Below are positions 1 through 13,258 of a stretch of DNA of 64,000 nucleotides, piece by piece. The translations under genes were made by a program, and so were the position numbers. Below the pieces are notes generated by a model. The model did not search any database and was not told the origin of the DNA. It worked only from the letters and a program-made list of their open reading frames with translations. The DNA comes from Bispira polyomma (taxonomy: Eukaryota): contig OZ287749.1 in the NCBI GenBank assembly GCA_965649765.1, positions 46,128,001 through 46,192,000 on the forward strand, read 5' to 3'. Positions within the stretch are counted from its first letter, which is position 1. Every line of letters begins with the position of its first letter.

Positions 1-409
1 TCTGCTATACTTTTTTTTTGCAATATGTACCATTTGTTTACAATATACATGACATCAGATATGTATTACAAATTTCATATAGCATCATATAACATTCCAT
101 ATTTGACATAAATCATCAATTCTATACATACAGTCGACAGTACAGTCCTGTGTCTCTCTGGAACATTTACCATTGTAAAAATTTATCTTTTGATTCCCCT
201 TTATATTTTTCCTTCAAGATAGCAATTAAATTTCATACCAACATGTATTTTCTCATTTTTTGAAATATATACACTCCCATTTTTCCATATTTCATAAAAA
301 AAGTTTCTGCTATAGATTCTACTTGGCTCCCTCCCTTGGGAGTTTATTAAATCAAACATTGAATAATACAATACAATATAGAAAGTTTATCACTTGTACT
401 GCTTGACAG

Positions 410-729
410 GGTTGAAAGGCCTGATGTTGGCTGCTCTCTTAGCTGCCCTCATGAGTTCACTCACCTCCATGTTCAACAGCTGTTCTGCCATGTTTACCAT
501 TGACATCTGGAAGCTGGTCAGACCCAAGGCCTCCGAGAGGGAGGAGGTGCTGGTGGGGAGGGTGTCTGGTGGGGTGATGATTATCCTCAGTGTACTCTGG
601 TTACCCATCCTTACAGCCATCCAGGGATCAAGTTTGTGGGATTATCTCCAAGCTGTATCCTCTTATATCACACCACCCTGGGTAGTGGTCTTCATGTTGG
701 GCATGTTCTGGAGGAGATGCACTGAAAAG
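410..729 (+). CDS. SLC5A: SLC5 sodium/glucose(myo-inositol)-type cotransporter, internal exon (gene starts upstream of window)
   Basis: Acceptor ttgacAG at 407-409. Encodes GLKGLMLAALLAALMSSLTSMFNSCSAMFTIDIW...GRV...LQAVSSYITPP...FWRRCTEK, typical SSS-family motifs. The donor falls at the edge of the N-gap. Confidence 0.93.
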
Positions 730-730
730 G

Positions 731-896
731 NNNNNNNNNNNNNNNNNNNNNNNNNNNNNNNNNNNNNNNNNNNNNNNNNNNNNNNNNNNNNNNNNNNNNN
801 NNNNNNNNNNNNNNNNNNNNNNNNNNNNNNNNNNNNNNNNNNNNNNNNNNNNNNNNNNNNNNNNNNNNNNNNNNNNNNNNNNNNNNNNNNNNNNNN
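731..896. other. Assembly gap (N run)
   Basis: Run of N. Confidence 1.
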
Positions 897-1154
897 TAAT
901 TTTATATATTTATATATTTAGTTGTTTAGTTGTTATATATATATATATATATGCTTCTGGAGTATTGTTTTCAACCAGGTCATCCAGATGAGCATCCAGA
1001 TTGGTATGGTTTCATTTCACACAAAGGCCGAAGGGTTTTGATATATGCATGGCATATATATACATGGCAGTTAAATTCAATTGAAATAATTGTTTAAATT
1101 ACTGATAGCGTAAATATAATATAATTCCTTCACATCTTAGAGGTTCTGCTGCCT

Positions 1155-1228
1155 TTCTGTACAGGGTGCCTGGTGGGGTCAGATAACTGGTCTAGCTATA
1201 TAGGGGTGACCAGAATGGTTCTAGGTAT
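1155..1228 (+). pseudogene. Degenerate duplicate of the acceptor and 5' end of the next SLC5 exon
   Basis: tttctgtacAG GGTGCCTGGTGGGGTC...GTGACCAGAATGgTTCTAGGT parallels 1246-1318. A 2-nt insertion gives an in-frame TAG. Confidence 0.8.
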
Positions 1229-1256
1229 GCTGCACTACTTATATATTTCTGTATAG

Positions 1257-1478
1257 GGTGCCTGGTGGGGTCTGATGGCTGGTCTGGCTGTAGGCGTGAC
1301 CAGAATGATTCTAGGTGTGGCGTACCAGGGTGTGGACTGTGGTGAATTAGGAGAAGACAACCGACCTCCAGTCTTGGCCAAGGTCCACTATTTGCACTTT
1401 GCTATCATCCTAGCCTTGTGTTCTCTGTTTGTGGTTGTTGGTGTCAGCCTAATAACACAGCCAAGAAAACCTGAACAG
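1257..1478 (+). CDS. SLC5A: SLC5 exon (GAWWGLMAGLAVGVTRMIL...HYLHFAIIL...PRKPEQ)
   Basis: AG at 1255-1256, GT at 1479. GAxWGL and HYLHFA motifs of SGLT-type transporters. Phase 0 fits both neighbours. Confidence 0.93.
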
Positions 1479-2031
1479 GTATCTAATATGTGAAATTCAT
1501 AAAACCTTGAGACACTTTTTCTGTATTTTTTATCCAACTCCTATGCCAAAAATAATTTTTGTATTTCTTATTAGTTTATAAAACATATTTTAACTTAAAC
1601 CGTTATTTCTCTATTTGTCATTCAATTGATTGAGCCATAAGGCACTTCTGTTTTTGTGATCTAATTCATTATCCCGAATTTATTCTATGACGTAATTCTG
1701 CATTTATTTATTTTACTTCATGAAAGATACTTGTGAGGTCACACTTTTATCCTCTTAGAAGACTAAGATATAATTTTACTTTTGTGTAAATGTGTGGTTA
1801 AATAAGATATTCAGTTAGAAATAATTCATATTAATCCATAGATTATACCAAAGTGTATGCCAACTAATACATATTCACTGGAAAACAAGCTCCATATAGA
1901 GTAAAAAGGTTAAAAAAATAATACATACAATATTTTAGAAGATAAATACCTCTGAATACTGTTAAATTATAAAATCCGCATGTCATTTATTACTATGCCG
2001 ATGACATTGGCCTAGCTTCTTTTTGTTTAAG

Positions 2032-2137
2032 TTACGGCGAGTCACCTGGTGGACAAGACAGTCTGAACTAGAACCGGAACTGACAGAAGAAGAGGAACCT
2101 GAGGATGATGATGAGGGCTGGGATCCTGATGCTCCAG
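2032..2137 (+). CDS. SLC5A: SLC5 exon (LRRVTWWTR...acidic loop...WDPDAP)
   Basis: Acceptor ttttgtttaAG, donor G|GTAAAG. The LxRLTWW-like motif is conserved in SGLT-type proteins. Confidence 0.88.
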
Positions 2138-2159
2138 GTAAAGTAACTAAAATTACCAT

Positions 2160-2780
2160 CAATTACCTATACAAAGTACCTCAAAGGTACCTACTTAATG
2201 CAAAGTATCCAGGTAAAGTGACTAAAACTACCATAAAGTACCTACTTAACACAAAGTACCTAAAAGGTACATACATAATACAAAGTACTCCAAAGTAATA
2301 ATTTAATTAGTAGTCACAAATGTTTAGTACCTCAAAAGTACACACTTACAGTACCTACTTAATACAAAGTACCTCAAAAGTACACACTTAAAGTACCTAC
2401 TTAATACAAAGTACATCAATAATACACATATAAAGTACCTAATTACTACAAAGTACATCCAAAGTACACACCTAAAGTACCTACTTAATACAAAGTACCT
2501 TAAATGTACACACTTAAAATATGTACCTACTTAATACAAAGTACCTCAAAAATACACACTTAATGTACTTAATTAATACAAAGTACCTCAAAGGTACACA
2601 CATTAATTACCTACCCAATACAAAGTACCTCTTACATACTTACATTGCCTTCTTAATACAAGTAATCACAAATAACCAGATGAGGGTCACTGGGATTCTG
2701 ATGCTCCATATACTTCGGTAAGTACCGTTAGTACCTACTTAATACAAAATACACAAAAGTAATCACATAAATAGTACTCA
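2160..2780. repeat. Intronic minisatellite, unit about 42 bp (aagtacctacttaatacaaagtacctcaaaagtacacactta)
   Basis: About 10 imperfect head-to-tail copies, each built from AAGTAC subrepeats. Confidence 0.85.
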
Positions 2781-3647
2781 CAAATGCTTTGATGAAGATC
2801 GGTGGGATCATGATGCTCCATGTTTTCGAGAAAATACCTACTTTATGCAAAATACTCTAAAGTAATATCACTTTGTATTACTCAAAGTACTCACTTAGAC
2901 AACTAAACAGTTTAAAGTAATAAACTATAACAAAAAAAGTTTTTGCATAAAATTATACCAAAATGTCCCAAAGTGAAGACCTTGACCACCAAACTTCCAG
3001 TACTTACCTAGTACAAAGCCTACCAAAATACCTCAAGGTATTGTTCAGTAAAAAAAAAAAAAAATTTAAACTACTTACATAGTCTGAAGTATTCCCTAAT
3101 TAGCAAAGCACTTGGAAACTTAAGAACTTATCAACTACTTTGTGTGCAAGCTATTTTACAATATCGACTTTTTAAATCATACTCTATGGACCTAAAATGT
3201 TCACAGAAAGTATGTGGGAAATATTATGCAAAACATTTCAACTTTGAAGTTCAAACCAAGTTGGGTTATGTATGATTGTATGTTAATTTAACATCGTTTA
3301 ATGTTTAGGTATACTGAATCACCATCACTTTGGCCACATTTTGCAAGGAAAATAAACCTTCACCGATACTGCTTAGAATTCTGGAAATTAACAAAGTAGT
3401 TCCAACATGTGCTTTTTAGAATACAGTCTGGTATCCTAAGAACATAGGTAAAATGTGTTAGAACAGTAAATAGTAAGACAATTTATCTAAAGAAATCGCT
3501 TAATTAAGTTACCCTGCCCTTTGTTTAGAATTGTGACGATGTGTACATTAGGTCATATAGGCATTAGGGATATACGAGAATACTTTACTGTTTACTAAAG
3601 TACCTATCCACGAGAATGTACATTAAATATTTATGAACCTATTTTAG

Positions 3648-3850
3648 CACCACCAATACACAAGAGGATGTACAACTGGATTTGTGGCTACCAAGATGGT
3701 CCAAAGCCGAAACTTACTGCTGAAGAGGTCGCAGAATTTAGGAAAAAACTGACAAACATTGACGAGAACCCACAATGGTCACATATCTGTGATATCAATG
3801 CAGTTATAGCTGTGGGACTTACATGTTTTATTATAGGATTTTATGCTTAA
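3648..3850 (+). CDS. SLC5A: SLC5 terminal coding exon (PPIHKRMYNWICG...INAVIAVGLTCFIIGFYA*)
   Basis: Acceptor attttAG at 3646-3647, phase 1 matches the preceding exon. WxCG motif and last TM helix ending GFYA* are typical of SLC5. Confidence 0.92.
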
Positions 3851-4191
3851 ATATACAACTAATATTGCCTTCAGGCTAGTATGGACATGCTGCAGTAAAG
3901 CAAAATGTGATTTATGCCAGTTTAATTTATTTCTGGTTCATATTTTCAATGTATATATTAAATTTGTAACTGTAAATATCACAATGCCTTTTTGTTTTCT
4001 TGGAGCTTCTCAAGCTCACAATTTAAAATAATTAGAAGGTTAAGCATCATATTTAGTTATGGTCCTCAATATTCACAAATGGGATTCATTAATTATTGTT
4101 CTAAAAATTGTATATGTTTATATTTTATTAATGTGCAAAGTGTGAATGGCCAAAAAAAAAAAAAAAATGTCACGTTTTGGTGAGAAACTAG

Positions 4192-4197
4192 AATAAA
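4192..4197 (+). promoter_or_regulatory. Candidate poly(A) signal of SLC5 gene
   Basis: AATAAA about 340 nt after the stop codon. Confidence 0.4.
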
Positions 4198-5319
4198 AGT
4201 TTCTGCTTTATACTAATTCAAATGATTTCAATTCTGCTATGTTCACTTTTATTAACAAAGTAAAGTCTAACTTTGCCAATAATTTTTTTTATAAAGTTCA
4301 CACTCAAGTTTAATAAAAAACTTACAGTTCCGGTGAAAATAACAAAGAAGATACTTGTCCCAAACATCTTTGTCATAATAAGACAAACTATAAGCATACG
4401 ACTGTATTCTCAAAATTATCTCTTCTGAAGGATTTAGACATTCTTGTGTTATCATTGTGTTAAAAGGCGGGTACTTGGTATTTTGTAGATTTGTTTTTTT
4501 ATCGTTTTATTATTATAACACTTAAATAAAGTGCTAAGATATATATCATTGTGTTATCATTGTGTGAGCAATACGTGTACGGCCGTTTTCCTGAAACGGT
4601 TGGTGCGTTCACGGGAAACGTATCACATATATATGACATATATTCAATGCGTGTATGAATTAAAGGACGGCAGTAAAACGAACTAAACATCCAAATAATA
4701 TTTAAAACGAGAACAAGAACAAAACAGGTTTAGAAACGTGGTTTTAAGAATTAAAACTTACTAGACCGCACCAGAAGTTAGTGGTAACTTGCAATGAGAC
4801 TGCATTAAATCACATAATGCGAGTAAGCATAAATAACTTGCCTTCAAGTTCGCCCATAAACGTTTAGGTTTTTCAAATTGTGTGTTTGGTAAGCTGTATC
4901 AAATAAAGTCCTTCTCTGAACATATTTCATGGATATTTTCAGTCTAATTCCCACATTACTTTACACACTCATTATAGTAGATACTGTCAATTACTTTGAC
5001 ATATATAGATTGTGTCAGGGTGTCCATATGGACCACACACAAAATTTTGTTTTTACAACAACAAAATAACGTTTAACATAATGCATCGTCTCTTTCCTGA
5101 TTGATTATTTATTTATGAGTTTATTTTTTTTTAAAAACAAAACAAAAATATAAATGTGGGTTTAGGTAGACCTCGCCTGTATTGATCAGCGATAAAAACC
5201 CCTTTCATAAAGATCCACTTTGAAAGTTGGCTAGTGTTTTCACCTAAGAGTAATATAAGTTTAGAATAACTTGATTGTCTGAATAAATAGTACTTTATTT
5301 TTTAGCTACCAATATTTTT

Positions 5320-8300
5320 TATGACTGTTTACTTATTTCCATGTTTTAAGAGTTGCACACCTTCATTATTCTTCTTTAATAAAGGGAATGTTATAGATAT
5401 TGGGTATGACAGCTTAAGTAAGTCTTTAAAGTTTTTAAAACCAGTAACACTTTCAGCTCTTTTTATATGCACTGGAAGTCTATTCCAAAGAAGCAGAGCA
5501 GCCACAGTAAATGAACGGTCACCATATCTATTGTATGATCTGTACTTAGTCAGTCTGTGCTGTTTTTAAGATCTTAAATGGCATGTTAGCTTGTAAGGCT
5601 TAACAACTTCTGACAAATATTAAGGTGCTGTATTGTGTAGACAGTTATAAATATGAACACAGATTTTGAAGTCAGTTCGATGATGAATGGGTAGCCAGTG
5701 TAGTGATCTCAATATGAGAATGACATGATCACAATATGCAGCTTTACTAATAATCTAAGCTGCAAAGTTTTTATTTTTCTGAAGTTTTGTAGTATGTGAC
5801 TTGTTTATTCCAAATAATAGATTATTTGCATAGTCGAGTCTAGATGTTACAAAAGCATAGATAATGGATTTACAGGCATCCTGACATAGATACTTTCTAA
5901 GGTGAGATTTATGCATCTGTAAGGAGCATACATGATTGAAACTTTAATGACAGAAACTTCTCCATGGATAAAGAAGAGAATACAGCTCCTTGGTTTCTAA
6001 CACTTGAGGCACTGATGATATTCACATCACCGACCGCCACAGAAATGTTGCTAGTATTTCTGAGATGATGTGGAGAGCCAACCAGTAGTACTTCTGTTTT
6101 ATCATCATTGAGTTTTAGTAGGTGACAAAGCATCCAATGTTTGATATCATTGACACATCCTGTTATCCTTGTTAGTTGATCATTCATTTCCTTGTTTTGA
6201 AAAAATGCATACAACTGGGTGTCATCAACATAGAAATGATAGTTAAGGTTATGTTGTCTAACAATGTCTCCAAGAGGTGTTCTGTATAAAGTAAATAAAA
6301 TAGGTCGAAGACCTAAACCTTGTGGAACCCCGAAATTTAATGTGGCAGGATAAGATGTAACCTTTTCAATTTGTACAGACTGTGTTCGATCACTGAGATA
6401 AGATTTGAACCAAGGTAGGGCTTTTCCACAGATTAGAAAACGTTTTTCTAAATGATTTATCAAAAGGGTGTGATCAATTGTATCGAAAGCTGCTGAGAGA
6501 TCCAGGAGAATAAGTGCATCCATCTTTTTTTTCATTCAGTGCCATAAGGAGATCATTTTGGACATGTAGTAAGGCTGTTCCAGTGGAGTGAAATTATCTG
6601 TATGCAGACCGCATGTGCTGGGTGAGATTATTTGAGTTTTAATGTTCAATGGTTTTGCTGGCAACCACTTTTTCAATGATTTTAGATATAAGTTATGAAT
6701 TTGACACAGGTCGGTAATTCTTAAACTGTTTTCGGTCTATTGATGCTTTTTTCAGGAGTGGTGACACAAGAGCCTTCTTCAGTTCAGTAGTGAGCATTCA
6801 GTAGTGAGCATTTTTTCAGTAGAGATGTAGGTATTGGATCTAGTAAACATGTTGCTGATGATACATTTTTTATAAGCTTTGTAACTTCAGTGATGTTAGC
6901 TGGATGAAAAGATGTGAGTGAAGTAACATCAGATGAACACATTTCAGGAATCTCTGTGTTGACGGTGTCTTTCATTGTCGACCGGAGTTTGATCATTTTG
7001 TTGATAAAGAATTCATTGAAATCCTTTGGCAGTACTAATCGGTTTAGATGGCAAGGAAGCATCTCCAATAAAATACAAAAGTTGTTTACAGGTGTCAAAT
7101 AGGTTATTTTTGTCATCTTTGGAATTTAGAATCTTTTTGCTAACAAACTCAGCTAATAGATGATTAATATATTTACTCTGATTTTTATATAATTTAAAAT
7201 CTGATAATAAGCCAGTCTTTTTCAATTTGCGTTCAACCCACTTTCGGATAACTTTCGCCTTTCTAATGTTTGCATTATACCATTGTGTATTTGGCTAAAC
7301 AGTCACTACTTTGAGTATTGACCACATTATATATGAGTATATCAAACTTTTTATATTGCTCAGTGGCTGGTATATAAGTATTAATAATTTAAATTTGTGA
7401 TATTTCCTGCTTAAACTTGATCATATCTAAGGATTATACATTCCTAAATGTCCAAGACTACCTGGTGGAGGTTTATTGTCAATAATGTTGAAAAGAATTG
7501 CAGCATGGTCAGATATTCCAGAATTGTGAACTGATACAGAATGAATAAGCGTGCATCACTCTTGGTAGTGACCAAATCCAGACATTGGCCAACAGAATGA
7601 GTTGGTTCATGAGTGTGAAGATCTAATCCAAAATCGTCAAGTATGGATACAAATTTAGCTGAGTTAGGACATACTGTATCTTCAAGGTGGAGATTGAGAT
7701 AACAAACCAAAAGTAAGTGACCATTATAAATGGAAAACTGGTGAATAGCAATGTGAAATCTTCAAAAAATTCGGTGACAGTAAAAACATTGGCCTTACTG
7801 GGTGGGGGCGATAGGCAACAATAACCCTTAAAAAGTTATTGTCCAGAGATACTGTGCGTTCTAGGAGTTCCAGAGTTTTAAAACTATGAATAGTATTGAT
7901 CTTAGACAATTTTATATTTTTTTTGAAAAGTAATCCAACTCTCTCACCACTTGCGTAAGTTCAGGGAATATGAACAAATGAGTATCCATCAGGAGTTAAA
8001 TCTCCAATGATATCCAAATCTCCATCCTGTTTTAGCCAAGTCTCTGTAATTGACAGAAAATCATAATCCCAAACAAAGCCAGCTATATATAGTGACTTTT
8101 TTTATTGAGTGAACATTCAAAAGAGCACACTGCAAGATTTTGTTGATCGATTGTGTACATTTAATTAGAATAATATTTCTCTGGAAAACTCCATTTTGTA
8201 TGTGTTTAGGAGAAGAACTCCTCAAAGTGACATTGCTTAAGGTATGAATTTGGTTTTGTTGTTAGTCTTTCCACCTTTAGAGCCAGTGACTGTTCTTTTT

Positions 8301-8430
8301 AATCCATGCTGAATTATTGTGGTGTCTGAATCATTAAGCTTACACCACTTTTTGGTAGCAGTGTATTTCTATCCAAGTGCTAACAAGAAATTGCTGGAAT
8401 ACTGTATTGTGTTTCTATTAGAGCTAGGCA
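5320..8430 (-). mobile_element. Decayed near-full-length L2/CR1-group LINE ORF2 (APE endonuclease + RT)
   Basis: Minus-strand fragments: ALLNVHS, ITETWL, VAYRP, PTH...LDL (APE); LDPIPTSLLK, LLDLSAAFDTIDH, FGVPQG, YVDDTQLY, LKLNDDKTE, LHWLP, LKTYL (RT and C-terminus). Many stops and frameshifts. Confidence 0.92.
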
Positions 8431-8866
8431 TTCAATCTTGCAAGACTAATACAACCTTTTCATGAAAGGCAATGTCTATTAAATTAGCAACAAGGGCCGC
8501 TGAAGTGAACAATAGAACAATAATCACATGTAACAACATAGAGGTATCCACTTTAGAATGTCATTAATTAAACCTCCAATGCAACTATACTTCCCAATAT
8601 GGTAATAAAAGTGAAATGAATATCTGTTATTTTTCTAAAAACGACTTTATGGCCCTTTTTCAAAACAATTACTTGTTTTAACCTAATAGTTTCATGCTTA
8701 ATAGTCCTGTCAACATAAATACTATGTAATGCAAGTGGGATCAGAAAGATGCAATGTCAATTATTTTATTTCTATTAACTCCTACCATATATTTTATCAA
8801 TTTACTTGCAAAATAGCTTGGAAAACAAACATACTTAATTCATCCTCTCTATCTCATGCGAGACAT

Positions 8867-9122
8867 AGGGACCGCGGTGGCTCAGTGGTTAGCAAGCATT
8901 GCGCTTCACAACTACTGGTCTCTCACCTCTGGGCGGCGTGAGTTTGACTCCCGTCGATGCCTATGTGGGAAAGGTGGTAGTTCCTTACTGTGGGCCGCTG
9001 GTTTCAGTGCAGAACCTTGATAAACTGTATGCAGTGTTTTCTCCAGCGTTTCCAACTACCCGTCCCAATATAACCTAAACAGGTACTAGAGTGAACGTTA
9101 AATGTCCAAATTCAAATTCAAA
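8867..9122 (+). mobile_element. tRNA-derived SINE (family A) with 14-bp TSD
   Basis: A-box TGGCTCAGTGG, B-box-like GAGTTTGACTCC, (AATTCA)n tail. Flanked by CTCATGCGAGACAT at 8853-8866 and 9123-9136. A second copy lies at 13926. Confidence 0.92.
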
Positions 9123-9475
9123 CTCATGCGAGACATGTGACTTGGACATACAGCTCTTCACCTGTTCCTGTCACATGCTGTGTGCTCTACCAATGCATAA
9201 TAACTTGACTCTAGCAAGCTCAACTTTCATGGTTCTCCTCCATGTAGTTCTTGGGAATCCCTTCCTATGTTTTTCAGGTTGAATCCATCTAAAAACAATG
9301 CAAGAAACTGCTAGTTGTTCTATCCTGAAGACATGACATAGCCAGACTAATAAATAGCTTGATTCTAATAATCTGATGCTAGTTCTTGATTCCTGTGCTG
9401 GAGGTGTGGTAATTTAATATATGCTTGGGTTAGATACATTGTTAAACCACTCAACAGGCCTTGCTTTTGAACCAA

Positions 9476-9948
9476 GGACCATATTCACGAACTAGTGAAA
9501 TACTTTTTTACTTACTTTCCTAAGTTAGTAAATTTTTCTAAAGATTTCCTTAGAAGTGGTATTAACAAACAAATGAAAAAGTCTGCTTGCATCCAAGTTA
9601 GGAAAGAAATGTAATGTACCTCATCTGCTTACCTATAATCTGAGTTATTTTTTTTCAAAGGTAACGAAGTTATATTTCTTAAATACCACTTGGATCTAAG
9701 TTAGTAAAAAAAACAAGAAAATACTTAAAATATAAGTTACACAGGCAGTCACAATACCGTCCGTTGCATTTTAAAAAAATTTAACAACGGATATTAATAT
9801 TAAAAACACATGGTACCAAATCCCTATAAATTTATTTTAAAGAAATCTATGTTTTAGATATTGAAATGTGCATTGAATAGTATTATGAACTGACCGGTAT
9901 TATGACGCTCATGTAGTGATGGAACTTCACTTCTTCATGAATAGTCCT
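9476..9948. mobile_element. Harbinger-like MITE containing a nested second MITE (about 9741-9912)
   Basis: Outer imperfect TIR aggaccatattcacgaactagtgaa / ttcacttcttcatgaatagtcct. Inner imperfect TIR gtcacaataccg / cggtattatgac. Confidence 0.5.
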
Positions 9949-10549
9949 CTATGTCCACAGAATATATATGCAAATTTTATACATGCAATTATAATTTAAA
10001 CAAAATGGTTGTATAATTAAAGTAGAGTAGCTATACCAGATATTGGTGTTGCATTTCAGATTACCAATCACCGACAGCTACAAGTAAAAATTATTGTTTC
10101 TGTTACAAAATATTTGCGAAATGTGGTCACCCGGATATATTAAGCATTAGCATTGGCCAATTGGAGTGGCTAAATTTCAACAGATGGCCATAAACACAAT
10201 AAATCGTCACATATTTTCTTCCCTTCGAAGATTTTCCACAAGCACCATACACTTAGCAAAATTAAAAGTTTGTTACATTTTTATTTTACAGATGCTTGTT
10301 TATTTAGTATATTTCCACTAATACATTGAATTATCGCCCATGTACTGGTGGCACATAGTGCTGAAGCCCATTTGCCAAACGACGTCCGCCCAGATAAAAC
10401 GGTGGATATATCTTAAAAAGAATATGTATTTGAAATATTAGTTTTGTAGAGCAAACATAAAATACACCTAATTGATTTTAAATGATAATTGCTGAATCGG
10501 CGAGTATATATGCATGGATACAATTCCTGCTGTGTAGCATTTTGGCTTA

Positions 10550-10576
10550 ATGCCGGGAAATGCTAAATTCATAAAA
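10550..10576 (+). CDS. PRDX5: Candidate first coding exon of peroxiredoxin-5 (MPGNAKFIK)
   Basis: ATG preceded by an in-frame TAG. Ends AAA|GTTTGT in phase 0 and joins to give ..FIKAGDPLP, like the PRDX5 N-terminus PIKVGD. CCAAT boxes upstream at about 10064 and 10157. Confidence 0.5.
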
Positions 10577-13087
10577 GTTTGTTTCAGGAAGTAATTTTCA
10601 GTCAAATTCGTCCCACGAAGTATGTTTTAATTTGATTTAAAATAACTCATTTAATTGTGGTTATTTATGCTTTTTGTTTCATCAAAATCTGTTTAGAAAT
10701 GGCTAAGATATTTAATTAAGTTTAAATACAAGTAGCCATTATTATATTTGTTTATTTACTTTCTAGCTTTTGCAGGGTGTCGCCATCTAGGGAGTAACTT
10801 TGAAAACTACAAAAACATGCGCACAATGCAAATTAAGTACCAACTTCCATTTCGGGATATTTAACTGTCTTTAAACTTTTACTCGAGGAGACCCTCAAAA
10901 TGTTTTGTGTTCAAATTGACATAACTCAGTTTATAAAAATATTTACTTCCTGATATGCTTCCCGATGTGCACTTTCCAAAGTCAATTAATTTGTTAATTC
11001 CTGTCGCTTAATGTTTCCGCTACACGCCAGGACTTTTATCCATGTATTTAACCACAACGTTGCTTAATTGTGTTTAGATCATTACAAGTTTGGCATTTTA
11101 TGATATACATTTACATTAAGAACATTTGAATAATATGACATATTAAACATAAGCCTCAACAATTTAAGGTAGCCTTAAAGTGAAACAACCTTAAACTCAA
11201 TAAGTTAAGGTAGTCTTAAGGTGCAGCAACCTAAACTAATTTAACTAATTTGCACTTTGTGTTGCTTCCATCAGTCGAAAAATGGTGAGAAAGCCTTGAT
11301 TTTTTTGTATAGACAAGGAAATCTCAGAAACAGCCGGGAGTTTAATTTTAGATATATATGCTGTCAGGTATGAGGAGCTCACAACCTAATATTCGTAACC
11401 ATATCCACAGTACTTTTCAAGAAATTAAGTTTTTTTATGCTTAATTGACAATTTTATGTGTATCGACAAAGTATTCTCAGGAACTACTAGAGCTAGTATT
11501 TTAAAATTGTTGTCGAGTGTACTGTAACTATTAAGGATGGTTCATTTTAGAATTTAGAACGATTCCTTTTTCCAGAAAAGAAATATTGCAGTTTATATGG
11601 AGCATAGATTGAAATTTAAAACCCACCATTGTTGTTTACGTTTCAGAATTTTCATCTCTAAAATATCTTCGGTTATTTCCGTAAAAGCATGAACATATAA
11701 CTGGTCAGTCACAAAAATGGGATGGTATAATGTAATTTCCTAAGATAGCTTAGGCACTTGTCGGAATATCTCGAATGAGTACATTTCTATACTTGTCATG
11801 CTTGAATTGTATGGTGGCTGATTTGGAGGTGAAGGGCCTGAGTTCACATCCTGCTTGGGTAGAATGTATTTTTTTGCTAGCAAATCTTTAACTTAGGGAT
11901 TATAAAAAATTAAAATTAGTGTCATCTTACACAGAAACATGTGATGCTTCTATATAGTGATGTATTAATGAAAAAAGCCAATATATGTTCAATATTATCT
12001 GGATCAAAATTATTCTGGGCAGTTATCTTAACCAGGAGTGGGAATTTTTTTTTAAATTCTTGGATTTAAACTTTGTCCTATTTAAAGGTCAGCTTACCCT
12101 GGGGGTGTAAAATTGCTTGTCACTAGGTTTTTTCAGAAAGTATTTGCCAGAGCTTAACAAGCACATTGGTAAGGCAATTTTGTGGATGGGAGAACGGGAA
12201 GATCAATCAGATGATAATTGACTGATTGACAGCTGATTGACATGCAAAAAAATCGGTACTTTTTGTTATCTCAGAAACTATTGTTATTTTCGGCTTTTTT
12301 TTTTAATTTTAGACCAGTACATGCAGGCTCAATTTACATTTATTTTTTATACCGCCCGAAAATTTTTAACGATTTAAATTTCCAAAATGTCGAAAATTCA
12401 GGGTTCAATATCTCGATTTGGAGCCCATTTTTGACCCACAGACTTTATTCTGCACATGTCAACTTTTTAAAAAACATTCTGACTTTGGCGGCCATTTTGA
12501 ATTTCTGTGTCTTTTTAAAAAACGTATTTATCTAGGAAACAGTTCTAAATGGAGTTATTCAAGCTCAATTTCGACCTACAGACTGTGTTCAATACACAAT
12601 CAAAGGCTAAAAAGAAAGATTATATCTTGTTTGTAATAGGTGCCGTGTCAGATTTGTAAAGTTTTGCTTATTGTAGTCGCTCTGTCGGTAAGAGCCGCAC
12701 GTCAATAAAACACGGCTGTTTTAGCGATAGAGAACTTGTTCTACGTAATTATATATATATATGGAATCATATTTAATATGTTACACCGAGTTTTATGCCA
12801 CTGTTTCATGGCTTTTAATTTGCAGCAACCACCGACAGAGCGGGTACAATTTGTTAAAATTTTAAAATCTGACAGGGCAAATTTCTATGTTTTATACAAA
12901 GGCAAAACCTGTAAATATTTTCAAATAATGATATTTATGTAAATAAGTGCTTATAGGTTGGTTATAATTAAGTTATAAAATTGTGTATGGTTATTGGATT
13001 AAACTATTAATCAGTTAACAATTCTAGTCTAACATTTCCACTAATTCATTGAGTTGTTCTCTTTATTGAATCTGTTCTTTGTCTCAG

Positions 13088-13258
13088 GCAGGAGATCCAT
13101 TACCAGACTCTGTTCTGTATGAAGATGACAAGACTGTACATATAAGGGATGTGTTTGCTGGAAAGCGGGGTATTTTATTCTCAGTGCCTGGTGCCTTTAC
13201 TCCTGGTTGTTCCCAGGGACATATTCCAGAGTATATTGTAAACTATGACAAGTTTAAA
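13088..13258 (+). CDS. PRDX5: Peroxiredoxin-5 exon with peroxidatic motif PGAFTPGCS
   Basis: Acceptor tctcAG, donor GTAAGC. Encodes AGDPLPDSVLYE...VPGAFTPGCSQGHIPEY...KFK. Confidence 0.95.

Noticed and set aside
2160-2780. CRISPR-like repeat array
   Set aside because: Imperfect head-to-tail minisatellite without unique spacers, inside a eukaryotic intron, no cas genes
8867-8955. tRNA gene (also at 13926, 25943, 42903, 49143)
   Set aside because: A/B boxes continue into shared SINE bodies and tails, one copy has a TSD, and there is no clean cloverleaf or oligo-T terminator
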